Below, piece after piece: positions 24,189 through 36,170 of a DNA stretch of 64,000 nucleotides. The position numbers and the translations under genes were made by a program. The notes beneath the pieces were generated by a model. That model was given only the letters and a program-made list of their open reading frames with translations, ran no database searches and had not been told where the DNA came from. Position 1 is the first letter of the stretch. Each line of letters begins with the position of its first letter. Source of the DNA: Bugula neritina (Eukaryota > Animalia > Bryozoa). The stretch lies in assembly GCA_964035545.1 (NCBI GenBank), contig OZ037772.1, positions 5,150,233 through 5,214,232 of the forward strand, written 5' to 3'.

Positions 24189-27081
24189 TGACAACGATTA
24201 ATGTTTTATAGATGGATGGAAAATGTTGACTGTAAGCCTGGTATAAATAGGACTGTTGTTGACACTTTAGTAGCAAAGAAGAGTAGCCAACAACTTTACA
24301 CTTAGTAGGTTGGGTTATACTTCGAAATATGTTTAGATTACTCCAAATTACATTTATTTTCAAATGAGCAAAATAATTTGAGATGTATGCTGCAACGGAA
24401 AACCTTATGTAAACCCTATAAATTTTCAGTGTTTTGTATTTACTCAATTGTTGTTTGACCTTTGATGCCACGAGTATCCGGCAAATGCTGAGCTTTGACC
24501 CAAGATCCAAAACAATGCTAGGCTATTGCGACCTGAGTTTAGGCCCCGAAGAAGACGGGCAGGTAGCAACTGAAGTTAGGGTGTTTTTGCCGACAGGCTT
24601 AAGGGGATCATGGAAGGCTCCAGTGGCATATTTATTTACCTCAAGTTTGTGCTCAAAAACCCTTCAACAGCTACTTCTTCACACTTCAGCATCTTCATTC
24701 GCATGCTTTTTCAGTTGATTGCGTGACTATGAATGGGCATGCTTTAAATCTTGCGGTCTGTAAGGGTTTGGGGGCAAAAATAAACTTGGATAAAGATGTT
24801 CAATCATTCTTTTTTGTTAATGATGGGAAAATCTTCATTTTACTCAACTCTTGTTATATGATCAAACGGGTACGAAACATGTTACGTGCTCTTGGGACTA
24901 TTCAAAGTGAAAACGGTCAGAATCAGTGGACTTACATTGACACACTCCACAGCAAGCAGGGTGAGATTGGGCTGAGATTGGGTAATAAGATTACTGCGCA
25001 ACATGTCATTTCTTCCTTTTAAATTTACTTATTGAAATATACCATGACTTACTCTAGCAACACATTGATACAAAAAGATATTGCAATGCACAAACTAAAT
25101 TTCAGGCAATGTAGCAACAAAAATGTACTGTTTAGAGGCCAATAATAAAGGCGTGGGTAATTATTAGTTTAAAAGTTATTACAACAGTATTTATATTATA
25201 ACATTAGATAATCACAAGTACTGTTGGTGCATGTTATTGCAATATAATATTATTTTTTGCTTATTCTGCATTTCTATTTTAACCACTTTAAGTTTTCGAA
25301 TTTTCCTCAGATCAACTGATACTAGTAACTGATTAGGCTGTAAGCTGCTAGTCAACCTTTGGCTAAGCAATGACTTCCTATAAGTGTTAATCCTGACCAT
25401 TTTCTCCAGGTAACACCTACCAATACCCGAAGATTTTAGTTGCACAAAAATTACACTTATTTTGATGTTGGCCTGGTAATTGACTGCTTTTCAGTATTTT
25501 TATATCCAAATAAATGGCACGTGATTAAAAACAAACTTTGTTTGTCAAATTGTTGCCGGGCCTTCAGGCAAACACAGAGAAGCAGAGGCCAAAAAAACAG
25601 CAAAAGGGGCACCTCCTGGCAAATCAAAAAATGCAAAAAGCAAAGAACCAGTCATAGGGTAATCACTAACCTACGGAAGGAAAAGATGATAAATACGACC
25701 GATGGAAAAGGCCTAGCTGATCCTGATAAGGTACCACAAGCACACCGATGGACACGAGAGCCAACAAGAATATTGAGCGGACGGGATTATATTAGAATTA
25801 ATCACCTAAGATATAAAACACTAGTAACCAACTCGCTAAGGAATAGAATAAATAAAGGTGTTTCGGCTTTTTGCCCAGTATGTATCAACACCCCACACAC
25901 ACTCAGTCACATATTACAAACATGCCCACGATCACACGTGTACACAGGCACAACACCATAGTAGAATATTTATGTAACAGGTTAGAAAAACATGGGTATG
26001 GGGTGCTTTCGGAGCCACATATCAGAGACGCATCAGGGTTGCTCAAACCAGACATAGTGTACTGGCACGAAGCCTCAGACGAGGTGAAGGTGCTAGACAT
26101 AGCCATCGTGTCTGATCATGTGGCTTGCAAAAGAAGTAAGTCAAAAGAAGAAGGTGTCGATAGCAGGATTCATCATGAATTGGAGGGGAGCAATATGCGA
26201 GAAAAGTGCGAAATTCTGTAAGGATTTCATCAGTATAAGAGAGCTACCAATACTGTCATTGCGAACAATGCAGTATGGAGTTTATATCTACGACATGTGG
26301 AATAAATCGACAGTGACATTGAATGAGATCGAGGAGATTGACTTGTAGGACAATTTACATTGTCATATATTTTCTAAAATTTTTCAGTTATTACCCCTGA
26401 AAGACAGGCCGGTAAAAATCCCTTTTTTTCAAAAGCCCTTCAGCCATGGGTTGACATCAAAATGGTTTAATGAACCTGTTCCTTCCCTCGGATAGAGGGA
26501 AGACAGGCGTTTAATTTTAAGCCAAAGTTCATGAAAGTTGTGGCAAGAAGGGCAAAACTAAGTTTGCCATTTGCAGGTGCTTGAGAGATCATTCTGCTCG
26601 GCATTATCTCAACAATAAGTGTTACAGGTGCGGGTGGAAGGGTCATACGGTCAAGGACTGCAGATTATTTTATTGTATTTGGTGCTGTGCTACTGCAGAA
26701 CACAAAACCTGACTGCAGCTACACACCTTTTAGTTTTAAGCGAAAAGCTTTAGACAGTGTTTGACTCTCAAGACCCATTACCAAAAGTAGCCCATACCAG
26801 AATTTAGATTATGTTAGTGTTGCTTTCGGTAATGTAGGAATGTCATCGAGTTACGTACATATATGCATTGAGGCTTCAAACGAAGTTGTTTGAGATATCA
26901 AATTACAATGTTGCAAATGAATTTGAAATAGCATATTAAGAAATATGTACGCAACAAAAAGGCTATGTCGGTTGATCGGATATATGAAAAATTCAACATT
27001 TAAAGGAACAATTGAGAATGCTAGGTAGTGAAGTTGATCTACCGCAAAAGATTTACAAAACCGAATTAGGACAATGTGGTC
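24189..27081 (+). repeat. Mosaic segmental duplication, copy A
   Basis: Colinear with and highly similar to 28672-31062. Confidence 0.9.
25660..26520 (+). mobile_element. R2-clade 3' fragment, copy A (CCHC + restriction-like endonuclease + 3' UTR)
   Basis: NTTDGKGL; CPVC..TLSHILQTC; RHNTIV; EPHI..LKPDIV..VLDIAIVSD; has an internal deletion relative to copy B; stop at 26348. Confidence 0.85.
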
Positions 27082-28671
27082 AACCATCACACAATGATCC
27101 TATATTTTGAATTTTGCGTTTTAGCCACCTAATCAACTTGTAAAAACGCGAATAAATAGTATTAAGTCCAAATTAGGCTTTTTACAGCCAATGAGCACTT
27201 GATAATATTCATGCAGTTCTGGCCCATGGAACGTAATGAATTGTACATACAACTTCTTTATCTCACTTCCGAAATACTGTCAGAAACCTTACCCTTGTCT
27301 ATGTATGTATAAGCATATATATGCTAACTTTTTTACTACAATTTAAGGTTGTTTATGTTTTCAGATGTTCAACAATTGTTAGAACTCCTTGAGCAGTATG
27401 CCCTGCAGCCTCAAAGAGCACCAACGTATTTAGAGGCTAGCTCGGTTAAATGGGACAAAATCCGATCAATTCTTCATAGGAATACAATTACTAGCATGGA
27501 AACTAGGAAACTCTTGATTAGTAGGTAGTTTTTGGTAACTTTTATTTTAATTAACCAGCCATCACCAATTTTAGGTGTTGTTACTATTATTTTGCATTTT
27601 TTATACCCAACAATTTATAATGTGTTGTTTTAAGCTAAAACACTGTTTTAGCTTGTAATCTATGTTTTAGGTGAAAGGCCGTCTCTACTTCCATCAACTT
27701 GCCAATTGTGTAACAATACGATGGTTGAAAAATTTGTAGCTTATACCCTCAAGGTCATCTCTATCAATGATAAATTATTCAAGTTGTCCCATCAAATTCT
27801 AAAAAAATATTTGGTTCGTTCGTGTTTCAAATAATCGCTAGTATTTTATATTATATTTAGGTGAAGTGAAATTATTGGTCATCTATGTTTATTCAGTCAG
27901 TTGTCAATTATGCATTAATCTGTTACATGATAACTTCTAGAGTATACATATAATTTCTTAACATTTTTGCCTTATTTAGCTATTGTTATAATCTGCTTCA
28001 CACAAGTTCATATGTTGACACTATCTTTTTTCTAGGGCGCACTGAGACAGTGATTCCCCTTATTGTGAGCTATGCTCATGGACACTTGTTCAAGTGAGTG
28101 AAAATTTTCCTAAACTCAGGCTGTGGCCACGAACTCCCCAAGGGAAAGTATTTGTGAAATTCAGTTATTTGTTACACATCAGCACCTTACAGCACTATTC
28201 TCCAACTTTAAGCATGAAACGCTTGTTCTCTAGTCTAAAGTTTTTGGCAGTATTGGATGGCAGGGTTAATGTTATTAGTTTTTACTGCTTTCGAACACAT
28301 TTGTTCATTTACTATTTGTCCACTGTTAAAATGTAGCATTCATTTATAAGCTTTTTATAATCGTAAAATTGCATGCTAAAAGAAGTTAGCATAATTCATT
28401 ACTCCCCTGCACAGTTTTACTCGATGTGGAAGCTCCCTTATTAATAGTGAAATATGGCTTGATTACTTTGTATTTTTTCTCCTCTGAAAAGGTAATGAAT
28501 TAATTATGTTGACAGCCTGAAAGTGATGATAAAGAAAAACAGCCAATGCAATTATAAACATGAAGCTTTTACATGAATAGCTTATAAAACTCTATTTAAC
28601 GATTTTTAAGTAAGCCGTCTAGTCACCAAAGTCATGATCAAATAGCAATATATCTACTAGTGGCTATCAAC

Positions 28672-31062
28672 TGACAACGATTAATGTTTTATAGATGGAT
28701 GGAAAATGTTGACTGTAAGCCTGGTAGAAATAGGGCTGTTGTTGACACTTTAGTGGCAAAGAAGAGTAACCAACAACTTTACACTTAGTAGGTTGTGTTA
28801 TACTTTGGAATATGTTGAGATTACTCTAAATTACATTTATTTTCAAATGAGCAAAAGAATTTGAGATTTATGCTGCAACGGGAAACGTTAGGGGCAAAAA
28901 TAAACTTAGATAAAGGTGTTCAATCATTCTTTTTTGTTAACAATGAAAAAAATCTTCATTTTACTCAACTCTTGTTATATGATCAGACTGGTACAAAACA
29001 TGTTACATGCTCTTAGGACTATTCAAAGTGAGGACAGTCTCATTCACATTGATACAAAAATATATTGCAATGCACAAACCAAATTTCAGGCAATGTAGCA
29101 ACAAAAATGTACTGTTTAGAGGCCAATAATAAAGGCGTGGGTAATTATTAGTTTAAAAGTTATGACAACAGTATTTATATTATAACATTAGATAATCACA
29201 AGTACTGTTAGTGCATGTTATTGCAATATATTATTTTTTGCTTATTCTGTAATTCTATTTTAATCACTTTAAGTTCTCAAATTATCCTCAGATCAACTGA
29301 TACTAGTAACTGATTAGGCTGTAAGCTGCTAGTCAACCCTTGGCTTAGCAATGACTTCTTATAAGTGTTAATCCTGACCATTTTCTCCAGGTAACACCTA
29401 CCAATATCCGAAGATTTTAGTTGCACAAAAATTACACTTATTTTGATGTTGGCCTGGTAATTGACTGCTTTTCAGTATTTTCATATCCAAATAAATGGCA
29501 TGTGATTAAAAACATAAACTTTGTTTGTCAAATTGTTGCCGGGCCTTCAGGCAAACACAGAAGCCGAGGCCAAAGAAACAGCAAAAGGGGCACCCCCTGG
29601 CAAGTCAAAAAATGCAAAAAGCAAAGAACCAGTCATAGGGTAATCACTAACCTATGGAAGGAAAAGATGATAAATACGACCGATGGAAAAGGCCTAGCTG
29701 AGCATGATAAGGTACCACAAGCACACCGATGGACACGAGAGCCAACAAGAATATTGAGCGGACGGGATTATATTAGAATTAATCACCCAAGATATAAAAC
29801 TAGTAACCAACTCGCTAAGGAATAGAATAAATAAAGGTGTTTCGGCTTTTTACCCAGTATGTATCAACACCCCACACACACTCAGTCACATATTACAACG
29901 ATCACACGGACCACGTGTACACAGGCACAACACCATAGTAGAATATTTATGTAACAGGTTAGAAAAACAAGGGTATGGGGTGCTTTCGGAGCCACATATC
30001 AGAGACGCATCAGGGTTGCTCAAACCAGACATAGTGTACTGGCACGAAGCCTCAGATGAGGTGAAGGTGCTAGACATAGCCATCGTCTCTGATCATGTGG
30101 CTCTGGAAGTACCCTATAAAGGCAAAGTGGATAAGTACAACGTGGAAAAGGTATGGAAATTTGCAAAAGAAGTAAGTCAAAAGAAGGTGTCGATAGCAGT
30201 ATTCATCATGAATTGGAGGGGAGCAATATGCGAGAAAAGTACGAAATTCTGTAAGGATTTCATCAGTATAAGAGAGCTACCAATACTGTCATTGCGAACA
30301 ATGCAGTATGGAGTTTATATCTACGACATGTGGAATAAATCGACAGTGACATTGAATGAGATCGAGGAGATTGACTGGTAGGACAATTTACAATGTCATA
30401 TATTTTCTAAAATTTTTCAGTTATTACCCCTGAAAGACAGGCGGGTAAAAATCCCTTTTTTTTCAAAAGCCCCTCAGCCATGGGTTGACATCAAAATGGT
30501 TTAATGAACCTGTTCCTTCCTTTGGATAGAGGGAAGACAGGCGTTTAATTTTAAGCCAAAGTTCATGAAATTTGTGGCAAGAAGGGCAAAACTAAGTTTG
30601 TCATTTGCAGGTGCTTGAGAGATCATTCTGCTTGGCATTATCTCAACAATAAGTGTTGCAGGTGCAGGTGGAAGGGTCATACGGTCAAGGACTGCAGATT
30701 ATTTTATTGTATTTGGTGCTGTGCTACTGCAGAACACAAAACCTGACTGCAGCTACACACGTAGTTTTAGGCGAAAAGCTTTAGACAGTGTTTGACTCTC
30801 AAAACCCATTACCAGAAGTAGCCTATACCAGAATTTAGATTATGTTAGTGTTGCCTTCGGTAATGTAGGAATGCATTGAGGCCTCAAACGAAGTTGTTTA
30901 AGATGCCAAATTACAAAGTTGCAAATGAAAATAACCTATGTACACAACAAAAGGCTATGTGGGTTGTTCGGATAGATGAAAAATTCAACATATAGAGAAC
31001 GCTAGATAGTGAAGTTGATCTACCGCAAAAAATTTACAGAAACGAATGAGGACAATGTGGTC
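28672..31062 (+). repeat. Mosaic segmental duplication, copy B
   Basis: Same start (tgacaacgattaatg) and end (ggacaatgtggtc) as copy A; lacks parts of the P-transposase segment. Confidence 0.9.
29640..30550 (+). mobile_element. R2-clade 3' fragment, copy B
   Basis: Same motifs, and it retains the KGKVDKY endonuclease segment; stop at 30381. Confidence 0.85.
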
Positions 31063-32074
31063 CACACAACAGCCAAGGAAAAATACAGTGTTGAAAAATC
31101 CATTTAATTATGTGCTAGGAACCATGTTCCACTCAGAATCATTTCAGCAAACTTAAAACAAGTATGCAGGGTAAAGTTATTTTTTCTAGGCTAACAGTTC
31201 ACCAGTAGAAAAATGGTGAAAGAGCTATGGAGCAGTCAGTTTACTGTCAGAGCTGTGAAGAGGCCCTTACAAAGCTTGATTTAAATAATGGTGTGACGTG
31301 AATAAGCATTTGAACTGATGCCAGGAGACATAAAATTATTGGCACTAGGTGGGAAGGGATTTTTATAGCAGAAGAGAAATCAAATTTGGTTAATTGTATT
31401 ATAGATTGTTTAAAAAAGTTTCATGGGCTAGGTTTACAAAAAGCTAGTGAGCTTAAAACTGGCAATAACTAACTGCCTTGTTCGGCCACACTTAGAATAT
31501 GCTGGTAACGCAGTCTTGAAGCACTGCCAGGAAATGAGAAAGCAGAATAGCTGTGTTAGCATTTTTAAACATTCATATACTTAAACACATATGCTATGAA
31601 AATATAGCTAAACTACCTCAATATCAATCATTCTCACAAAAACCATCGTCACCGAACTATATTAAACAGGCAAATTAAATTTCTTTTATCAAATGAATAT
31701 GAAATGTGGATTAATACATGCCCTTTAATTTTTTAATTCAATTTTTTATTCAACTTTAATGCATCTATTGCATTTGCAACAATTTTGCTCAAACAAATGT
31801 ATCTAAATAAATCCAGATTATAGCCTTTTAGCTGTTGGCATTTGGGGTTTTGTGTTTCAGTTTTGTTATTTTGGTCATTTTACATATAGCTCAAAATCTT
31901 CAGTTTTAGCTATGTTTTACGATTTAGCTGCTAATGTATGGAGTGCCAAGTTTATAGCCATTATTCTTTCTTATATGCTCACAGACCAGTTTTATTGGTC
32001 GATAATTTGCTCTCATACTCTTATTTCTTTCTCTTTTACGCTCATTATTCAGTCCGATATGTCCATTATACATC

Positions 32075-33397
32075 CCCAGATTTGCTGATATTTTGAGATT
32101 TCAGAACTTCCAGCTGAGTTTTTGGCATGCTGATTAGGTTGAGGTGTTAATAACAATTAATTTTCTAAAATTCACCATTAAAACTATTTTTTGAGCCCTA
32201 AAGGATAGTACAAATCTTGCCACAGTATCACTCAAGGACACCCGCTGATATTTGTCATATGGAACAAGTGACAGCTGGTCACAGTTCCCTTCTAGACTAC
32301 TATAGATTGCAAGTGATGGCAAACTTTTAGGGTTCTCAATCTTCTGCTGCAACCTGTCATGGTCTTTGACAAGTCTTTGATGGTGCTCTCTCTCCACTGC
32401 CATATGCTAGATCACATTGTCAAAATATTTTCAGCTGCAAAAATAGATTTAAACATTTTACATTGATTTTGAATAATGTTGCTTCACTTATTGCTCTGAA
32501 AGCAATAAAATTTAATGACTACCGCCATCGATATTTTTTCAGTCTGTGCAAAGTCCAACATCAAAATTTTGCATTGATAATTGCTTGTTGCCAATTGCTT
32601 GTTGCGAATTGCTTGTTGCCAATTACTTGTTGCCAACTACTTGCTAATTTGTTTTATGATTTTGTTGTTGGACAACTGCAAGTGTTCTTCTGGACCTTTC
32701 AGACGTTTCAGTTCTTTCTAGGAAGTCTCCAGCTTATACTCCTGTCATCAACAAAGTCATTCTGCACTTTTTCCTAAACAGAAATCAATCTATACTGCTG
32801 CATTCTTCATGAGAAGCATTAAACAGTACATTGTTTTAAACCAAGCTCTCCGCTCTTGAAGTCTCCCCTGATTTGCTGATATTTTGAGATCACAAAGCTT
32901 CCAGCTGAGTCTTCAGCATACTGATGAGGTGGAGGTGTTCATAACAATTAATTTTCTAAAATTCATTATTGAAACTATTTCTTGAGCCTTAAAGGACACT
33001 ACAAATCTGGTCACAGCATCACTCATTATGCATTCTATAAATCAAATTACAAACAAATCAATATCTAATAATTACGGTGACAGTCAACGTCTCAAATATT
33101 TTCACTATGCCGCTCTTAAATTAAGGTTTCCACTCTGGGAGCCTCCCCTGATTTGATGGTATTTTTAAGTATCAGGATTTCCAGCTGGATCTTCGGCAAG
33201 CTGATCAGGTTGAGGTGCTCAAAACAATTAATTTTCTAAAATTTATTATTGAAACTAATACTTGAGCCTTAAAGGATACTACAAATCTGGCCGCAGTATC
33301 ACTCATTATGCATTCTATAAATCAAATAGCAAACAAATCAATATCTAATAATTATGGTGACATTGTAACATCTCAAATATTTTCACTATGCCGCTCT
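32075..33397. repeat. Three diverged copies of a 160-280-bp unit (~32075, ~32866, ~33146)
   Basis: Shared cttccagctg..acaattaattttctaaaatt..ttgagcc.taaagga..tacaaatct..atcactca. Confidence 0.8.
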
Positions 33398-35214
33398 TCA
33401 ATCTGTGATCCACACAACAAACAAGGGAAATTATACAGACAGCATTAGCAACAACTGTTTACTTCTGTGTTAAGAAAATTGACCGCCAACACTGGGTAAC
33501 AGCAGACACCCACCGCACGATCAACAGAGCGTTTGGCGAGCCGGACAACCTCTAGTGGCACAAATATAATATGTAGAAGAACAATTGAGGAAGCCAGAAT
33601 GAAACTGATCTTCTGCAAAAAAATTACAGAAAAAAATGAGCACAATGTGGACCACATAACAAACAAGGGAAATTATACAGACAGCATTGGTAGCAACTGT
33701 TTACTTCTGTGCTAAGAAAACTGCTAAAGGTAACAAAATAAATTTGATAAAGAAAGAAATAAAGAACCAATTAAGTTTGTAATGAACTATACACAAACCG
33801 CTGCAGGGCTATGCAGACCTTTGAATTGTAGACCAAGTTAGATTAACAAAAAACTGCTTGCATAATAATGGCTGAGCAAAGTATTTTAGACATGACGAGT
33901 CATGAATTAAAATGCAGTTCATCTCCACAACCAGCTAATAATTATGCTGTAAATAATAGACCAGTCAAGGCAATCAACCTTTCTACCTTAGTATTGAAAG
34001 CAAAATTAGCTTAAATTTACTCTGTGTGCTTCGAGAAATGAAGAGATCGAAGCAGTAGATGAATTACTGAGCTCATTACAAACTGGCAACTTATCAACAG
34101 TTTAAAGCTTGGACCAACTTGAATTAAATGCTCAGATCAAAGCAGATATCTATGTAAAACTAAACACGCTGTCTGAAAACACAGCAGAAAATAATAGTTC
34201 ATTGCAGTTTGAAATAATGGGGAGCACTCCGTTTTTCCCCCCGATGCGAAAGGATAGGCTATGGTAAATTGTATTATAGATTGTTTAAAAAAGTTTCATG
34301 GGCTAGGTTTACAAAAAACCAGTGAGCTTGCAACTGGCAATAACTTGCTATGGGTACTGTTAGATTGCTGTTATATTCAACTAAAACCATTAAAAACATC
34401 AAACCAAAACTCCTTTCCTAGTGAGTAGGCAATAAAGGTAGCTACTATTTTACCTGACTCGTTGATTGCATATAGAAAATAAAACGGTCAATGTGCTCAT
34501 GTGACAAACGAATGTCATTTACAGCATTAAATTACAATAAACAAAAAAATCACTATCAATTTACTTTATACCTTTGATGATTTTAATTACTTACTTTGTA
34601 ATATTAGCTTTTGGTTGAATAGTAAAAATACCACCAACTACTTTATTCATTGTAATATATTCATACACATTTGAATTACTGCACTTAAAATAAATTTTAA
34701 TTCTAAATTACAGCTGCTGACAACTTAAAACATGTTTTACACACTATAAAGCCTGAGTTATATGCTGTGATTTCCTTCTACTCTATAGAAAACTTGGATT
34801 CAATAGACTCTTCCATAACAAAATGGTCACGAAGTTGCCTTTTTGCTATGCCAAAACAGGAAAAAAGTTGATAACATCGCACCAATGATTCTTGAAATCA
34901 TAAACTAATGCTGATGATTGCGATGCCCTGTTGATGTCCACCATCAACCGACATAGAGAGTATTTCACAAACAAGTAGTGGCATAATGGTGTAGAAAACA
35001 TAATAAATATTTTTGCCAAACGTTTTAATTGCACTGTAATTCTGAATGCTGTGAAAGGCTTTATTTAAAAACGAACGAATCAAAGCTTGAAAAAAAAACA
35101 AATCACTGTTAACAGAACAAGTTTTCAATTTCGGCAAACTCGCTCTGATATTTACTGTAACTGCAACGGTCAAAGTCAGTGTAAAGTGACAAAGCTTCAA
35201 GGAAACGAAAAAGA

Positions 35215-35706
35215 TACTCTACTACTCTATTCTATACTCTACTACTCTATTCTATACTCTACTAATCCACATTCATACATACAATACAGTACATTGCATA
35301 CAATATCTTTATATTTATGTAGAAAACTGTGAATTGCTAAAAGAAGAATGCAACACTTTGCAGACCATAGAAGTAGGTTTTGTTACAATTGTAATTTGCT
35401 AATATGTATTAACAATATATATATCATAGTTATATATTTCTACCACTCTATTCTATACTCTACTACTCTATTCTATACTCTACTACTCTATTCTATACTC
35501 TACTACTCTATTCTATACTCTACTACTCTATTCTATACTCTACTAATCCACATTCATACATACATACAATACAGTACATTGCATACAATATCTTTATATT
35601 TATGTAGAAAACTATGAATTGCTAAAAGAAGAATGCAACACTTTGCAGACCATAGAAGTAGGTTTTGTTACAATTGTAATTTGCTAATATGTATTAACAA
35701 TATATG
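35215..35706. repeat. Tandem duplication (offset 285 bp) containing a 20-bp ctactactctattctatact array
   Basis: Identical blocks at 35348 and 35633. Confidence 0.85.
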
Positions 35707-35709
35707 TTT

Positions 35710-36170
35710 TGTCAGCGATCGGGAGGAGGGAATGGCTATATTTGAGACATTTGATATCTCCATTGATGACTTCCAATATGGAGACCTCATCACCAAGTTT
35801 AAAGCACACTTCGAAAATTGAGAAAATAAAACCATTTTGAGGCACCGATTTTTGAATTCAAGACAACAGCAGGGAGAGGAACTCTCAGTGTTTACACAGC
35901 CTGTCATTAAACACTCCCATTCCTGTAAGTTGGCTGACCACCGGGAAGACATGGCAGCACATGTCGTGATCAATGAGATAAAAGGAGAAAAATTGAAAAC
36001 AAAGTTGCTTCAGATTCTGGACAAAAATTACAGCTATATGTGCAAAATTTGAGTTGGCCAAGAAGACTTTGGAGGAACTAGGAAAAAAAGGGAGAAGGTT
36101 AAAAAGTGAAGTGTCACGAGCCAAGGAGGTGAGAAGAAGATATTCGAAATGCAACAATACGAAACCTAAC
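35710..36170 (+). pseudogene. Gypsy (K02A2.6-like) gag fragment
   Basis: YGDLITKFKAHFE*..LRHRFLNSRQQQGEELSVF..CKL..EKLKTKLLQ pattern, with stops. Confidence 0.65.

Larger units (their letters stand above)
17280..25010 (+). pseudogene. Intron-containing THAP9/P-element-type transposase pseudogene, split by the BEL element (pieces ~17280-17330, 17475-17680, ~17762-17828, 24212-24304, ~24445-25010)
   Basis: Motifs occur in P-transposase order: DHCY (HCF-1-binding-type DHxY) plus coiled coil; RYSESQQKFALML; WMENVDCKPG; CCLTFD..IRQ..GYCDL..WKAPVAY; LLNSCYMIKRVRNM; GLRLGNKITAQH. Contains stops and frameshifts, and is truncated. Confidence 0.82.

Noticed and set aside
26394-26440. Hammerhead ribozyme in the R2 3' UTR
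   Set aside because: CTGAAAGA does not fit the CUGANGA core, and no GAAA or closing stems follow.
31472-31505. CR1/L2 LINE remnant (LVRPHLEYA)
   Set aside because: Only about 9 codons; too short to annotate.
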